From: Eledone cirrhosa
Lineage: Eukaryota
Reading direction: 5' to 3'
Assembly (NCBI GenBank): GCA_964016885.1
Contig: OZ024743.1
Span: 315,828,001-315,892,000, forward strand
DNA: 64,000 nucleotides
In this document: in pieces, positions 63,245 through 64,000 of the stretch
Layout: each line of letters starts with the position of its first letter
Numbering within the stretch: the first letter of the stretch is position 1
The notes under the pieces: generated by a model
Databases searched by the model: none
Told to the model about the DNA's origin: nothing
What the model saw: the letters and a program-made list of their open reading frames with translations, nothing else
Translations under genes and position numbers: made by a program

Positions 63245-64000
63245 TACCTCTTTCGTCGTCTCCAAAATAATGAGCACAAGCCATCAACTATGTACGTGGT
63301 CTGTAGTGTTAGTTAAATTATAATTCTGTATATAACACCTTGTCACCTTGTCACATGTTAACTTTTTTTTATAACATATTTTTCTTGTTGTTTGGAGGAA
63401 ACTGAGAATTCCGTTGGTGGGGTGGAATTGTCTGAAACAGTTTGACCCCATTTGGTGTCCGAACCCCAAACCTTTATGTTATTAGCACGATTCTCTAATA
63501 ACCTGAGCTAACTTGACAGATATTTAGGTCGCCATGGAGATAAATAATTAACAGAAACTATCAATTATTTATATTATATATATTTGAAGTAATTAAAACA
63601 AGCATCCAAAATTGGGTTCCTCCGAAATTCCTTTAGAGTGACGTTACTTGATTGATAGTGTACGTAGCTCGGAGATCAGAGGGTCACAACTGGTAGAGTC
63701 AGTACTTCTTCGAATTGAGAGATCACAGCTCCGATAATATGGGCATGTGGTTAGAATGTCTCAAGAAAGAATCACTGGACAGATTTTACAGACAAAACCT
63801 ACAGACAGCAGAACCAGGAGTAGACCTTGTGCAAGATGGTTGGATGATATCTATGAGTTTGGCTTGTCTCGCTTGGGAATCCAGTTGGAGGCGGTTGCTT
63901 CTGACAGGACCCACTGGAAGGTGTGTTGGAGGACTCTACCTTCACGACCCTCTTTGGAATAAATGTGCGAAGAAGAAGATGAAGAGATATTAGAAGTAGG

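Larger units (their letters stand above)
40740..64000. repeat. Tandem array of ~1495-bp units (2 tRNA-Ile genes + 1 pseudo-tRNA + RTE 3' fragment); continues past the window
   Basis: The same ORF-track peptide recurs at 42784, 44279, 45771 ... 63715 (spacing 1492-1496 bp); decayed partial unit at the left edge. Confidence 0.97.

Noticed and set aside
42784-63993. Recurrent 71-92 aa ORFs (MRDHSSDN..., MVRMSQER..., MKYFKVK..., MVYLYIG...)
   Set aside because: They are frames of the RTE remnant, spacer or antisense tRNA; several start at TTG/GTG and stops vary between units.
40740-64000. CRISPR-like array
   Set aside because: The intervening sequence is repeated rather than unique, the period is 1.5 kb, the context is eukaryotic and there are no cas genes.

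Overview
AT-rich, microsatellite-dense animal genomic DNA; the SINE content suggests a cephalopod such as Octopus, but that is inference. No host protein-coding gene can be called with confidence, although two possible small exons lie near 17.4-18.2 kb. 1-6.6 kb: three head-to-tail L1/Tx1-clade LINE copies on the minus strand separated by (GATA)n runs, one with a near-complete 1113-aa APE-RT ORF2. 7-40 kb: decayed repeats, including tRNA-derived SINEs, a Chapaev3-like DNA transposon with an open 406-aa transposase frame, RTE and R4/Dong LINE remnants, a short retroposon pair with an HDV-like 5' end, and many long fold-back inverted repeats beside (TA)n. Four unrelated fold-back families carry minimal hammerhead-ribozyme cores, as in Penelope-like element repeats. 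40.7-64 kb: a tandem array of ~1495-bp units running off the right edge. Each unit holds two tRNA-Ile(AAT) genes, one decayed third copy and a captured RTE LINE 3' end; 15 tRNA-bearing units (30 genes) are visible, with mosaic shared variants.
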